Part shown: positions 60,830 to 64,000 of the stretch, in pieces
How positions within the stretch are numbered: position 1 is the first letter of the stretch
Layout: each line of letters begins with the position of its first letter
DNA from: the human T2T-CHM13v2.0 reference genome, Homo sapiens
Length of the DNA: 64,000 nucleotides
Direction: 5' to 3' (one strand)
NCBI RefSeq assembly: GCF_009914755.1
Contig: NC_060928.1
Notes under the pieces: model-generated
What the model saw: only the letters and a program-made list of their open reading frames with translations
Database searches by the model: none
Told to the model about the DNA's origin: nothing
Program-made: the position numbers and the translations under genes

Positions 60830-61270
60830 TTTTGCTTTGACCACCTCCAGCTATTGTGTGTTCCCCAAAGCTATTTCTTTCCTTGGCTACCTTCTAACCC
60901 TTTACTTGAATGATATGGTCCATGACCTTGGCTATATTTAGCACTTCAATGTGCACAAATCCATATATCTTGCTTAGACCACTCTTGAGATCCAAATTTG
61001 AATAGCCGACTATCTCTGTCTCAATCAACATGTCCCTCTCACACATAACGACACTACTGTCCATCCATAAGCCCGAAAGTCATCTCCACTATTCACTCTC
61101 CCTCAATCCCCTAATAGAGTCATTAAATCCCTTCCATCCTTTCCCACTCATACTCTCTCAATTCAGACCTTTATCATCTTTCATCTGGTACATTAGCAGC
61201 TTCTCCACTTGGATTCCTGAATCCAACCATGAAACTCTAACCCATCCTCCATACTTTCCATAAATAATCT
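60830..61270 (+). mobile_element. L2 fragment
   Basis: Pyrimidine-rich L2-like text ('ttcactctccctcaatcccctaat', 'cagacctttatcatctttcatctgg'). Confidence 0.55.
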
Positions 61271-61781
61271 TTCATTTCCAAATTATGGAATTTTAAATTA
61301 TCATTGTGTTATTGTTTTCTAATTTAACATCACAGTAGTCAGAGAACAGGTTTTGTATAATTCTAATTGTTTGAAATTTGTTGACTCCTATTTTATATAC
61401 CATTGTGTAGTCAGTTTTCATAATGCTCCATATTTGTCTGAAAATAGTGTATATTATTTAATTCTTAGGAGCAATGTCTTATATCCACCTGATAAATCAA
61501 CTTGTTAATTTAATTGTTCCCCATTTTGCTAGTCATTTCAAGACTCAGCACAAGGGATATTCTCTAATCTATCTTAACATTGAAACAATTTGCAGCACTC
61601 ATTGTTTGGTTGGCCCACCATCCCTTTACTAATCTGTAAACTCTCTGATCATGTGGACTGGGACTTATTTCCCTTGAATCCTCAGCACTTCCTTATAATA
61701 CCCAGCACATTCAACAAACATTTGTTATAAGAATCAATCAATAAATAATTTGTTATAAGAATCAATAAATAAGACATTTAA

Positions 61782-62100
<319 letters not shown>

Positions 62101-62759
62101 TAATATATACATACTTCCACTAATTCCCACTGTTCTCCTGACCTTCATAAAGAATCCCTATTTCTCCCCCTCCTTCCACACACACACACACAAAAAACAG
62201 CATCTCTATTTCAGATTGTAAAAATCGTCTATGTTAAATAGTTAAACTGAACCAATGTATTACTGGAAACTAGTTTTCTATAATTTAAAGCTCAAGCAAA
62301 CTGGAAATTCAGTGTCAGAAAAGGGAGTGTGTTCCTCATCACAGATATCTGTTAGCAGAAAATTTCAGAAGAACACTGTAGAGGGGATTTTATGTTGTGA
62401 AAATAGTTGGGCTTGAAGAGCTTTAAGGTCTCTTCTACACAAAACTTACTACTGTGAAAGTGCTTCAGGCTGGTAAAATCGTTTTCATTCGAACAATGAG
62501 AGATTTTATATTTTGTACACTGAATAATCATAAAATGGTTTTCTCACCTTTCTCTCTTTTTAAGACCCACTATTTAAATTTTATTTAATTTCATATGAAT
62601 TATAATGAAACTTAAAAATTTTAAAGTTTCAAATTTATAGACAGATTCATTAGTCAAGAATGACAGATTGCAATTTACTGACATTTCACATTCTAGTGTG
62701 TGGGCTGGGTAGATGTCATATAATTTTCTACTGTTGGAATTTCAAGCACATGTGTGTTA

Positions 62760-63990
62760 TATAGAATGCCAATTCCTCACTAGACTGTGAACTCTGACGG
62801 TTTCTTGAGGACAGACATTGTGTTTTTATGCATCCATCCATTTATTCAATCATTCATTCAACAAATATTTACTGAATACCTACAATGTGACAGGCAGTCT
62901 GCTAGGCACTAGAAATGCAAAAAAGAACCCAGAGATTATGAAGTTAACATTCTTAGGAATGAAATTAACTACAAATAATTACATAATTCCAAATACAGCG
63001 CTATGAAACTTTATTTTCATTATCTCATGAATTTAAAACGAGGAATGAAATGTACCCTTCAGCTTTTGTAATTGGGAGGTCATTGGACAATTTAATGGAA
63101 GTAGAAGCAAGATTTCTTTGGGTTGAAGGAATAATGTTATTGAGGTAATAAATGCAGACTCCCTTTTCAAGAGTTATGTGGTTTGAAGAAACAGACAGCA
63201 ATGAAATGATCACCACAGAAACACAAGTTTGAGAAAGTAAATTATAGTGTCAATATATTTTTAATATGAGAGAAACTTTAGTATGCTTATAGGTTATAGG
63301 AAAGGAGAGATGGAGACATAAGAGAGGGCAAATAATACATAATAGATGAGATAGGTTCCTGGCAGAAAACAGAAAGAATGGGATAGAATTCATACCTGAA
63401 GAGGCATCTTCTAAAACCATAGACAAGATTTTGGGTGGCTATTAATAAGTTTCCAGTGAGTTCGCCATGAAGACCTTTATTTTCTCTATGAAGTAGGAGG
63501 TAAGGTCATTTACTGAGGGAAGCGGGCTGAGATTTGTTAATGGTTGTGAAGGTTTGGGCTAAATAGTAAGTGAGATGGGTAAAAGAATTGCAAAAAGTCA
63601 AATGAAAGATTTTTAACTTAGATTACTACTTAATGCAGTCATAATCATAGCTAGCACTTGAAACGCAAACTTTCTCTTCCTATTGTTCAGTTTCTCCACA
63701 CTTCATAACAAAATGTTTAGACTGGTTGTCTGCATATATTGTTTGCTCTTTCTCACCCCATTTTTTCGTCGCTACACTCCCAATCTACCTTGTACAGTGG
63801 TTGCTCTGTGGAAACTGCTCTCATCAAAGATACAATGACTTCCATGGTAGCACACCCAATGAACAAGTATTTGTCAGCTTTTTGCTGAACCTTTACTGCA
63901 GCATTCAATGATAATGATTTTCTTTTATGAAAAGATTCCAAAAATTTCTCCTAGATTTCCTCCTATGATGCTGCTTCTCCTTGTCAATTG
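62760..63990. mobile_element. L2 fragments in both orientations
   Basis: 'cactagactgtgaactc', 'cattcattcaacaaatatttactgaatacctacaatgtgacaggca', 'ggaaactgctctcatcaaagatacaatgac'. Confidence 0.65.
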
Positions 63991-64000
63991 TCAATCTCTT

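Overview
Human genomic DNA (it carries human-specific AluYb8/AluYa5 elements). It is an AT-rich, repeat-dense intronic region of a minus-strand gene. Two spliced coding exons (54010-54100, 49750-49838) join in frame to GQVKLDKIMTIIEPVSKKMETAKQQHFEESRNRMLELLYPFPVHLYLQPGTSNLELLKEP, which I recognise from memory as IQCM. Most of the rest is L1, Alu, L2, MIR, LTR and DNA-transposon sequence, and the long ORFs in the supplied track are L1/Alu-derived. The most unusual structure is a 2.9-kb unit at 33394-36299: an ERVL MLT2A LTR fragment, an L1PA 5'UTR and ORF1, then an L1 3'UTR and A-tail with all of ORF2 missing, all inside one 17-bp target-site duplication. This suggests an LTR-L1 chimeric, ORF2-less retrotranscript that was mobilised as a single unit. 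Other highlights are a second, older ORF2-deleted L1 with both ends, three 5'-inverted (twin-primed) L1s, three human-specific Alus, a three-level nested insertion and several candidate cryptic exons. Repeat subfamily calls and the boundaries of old elements were made by eye and are approximate.
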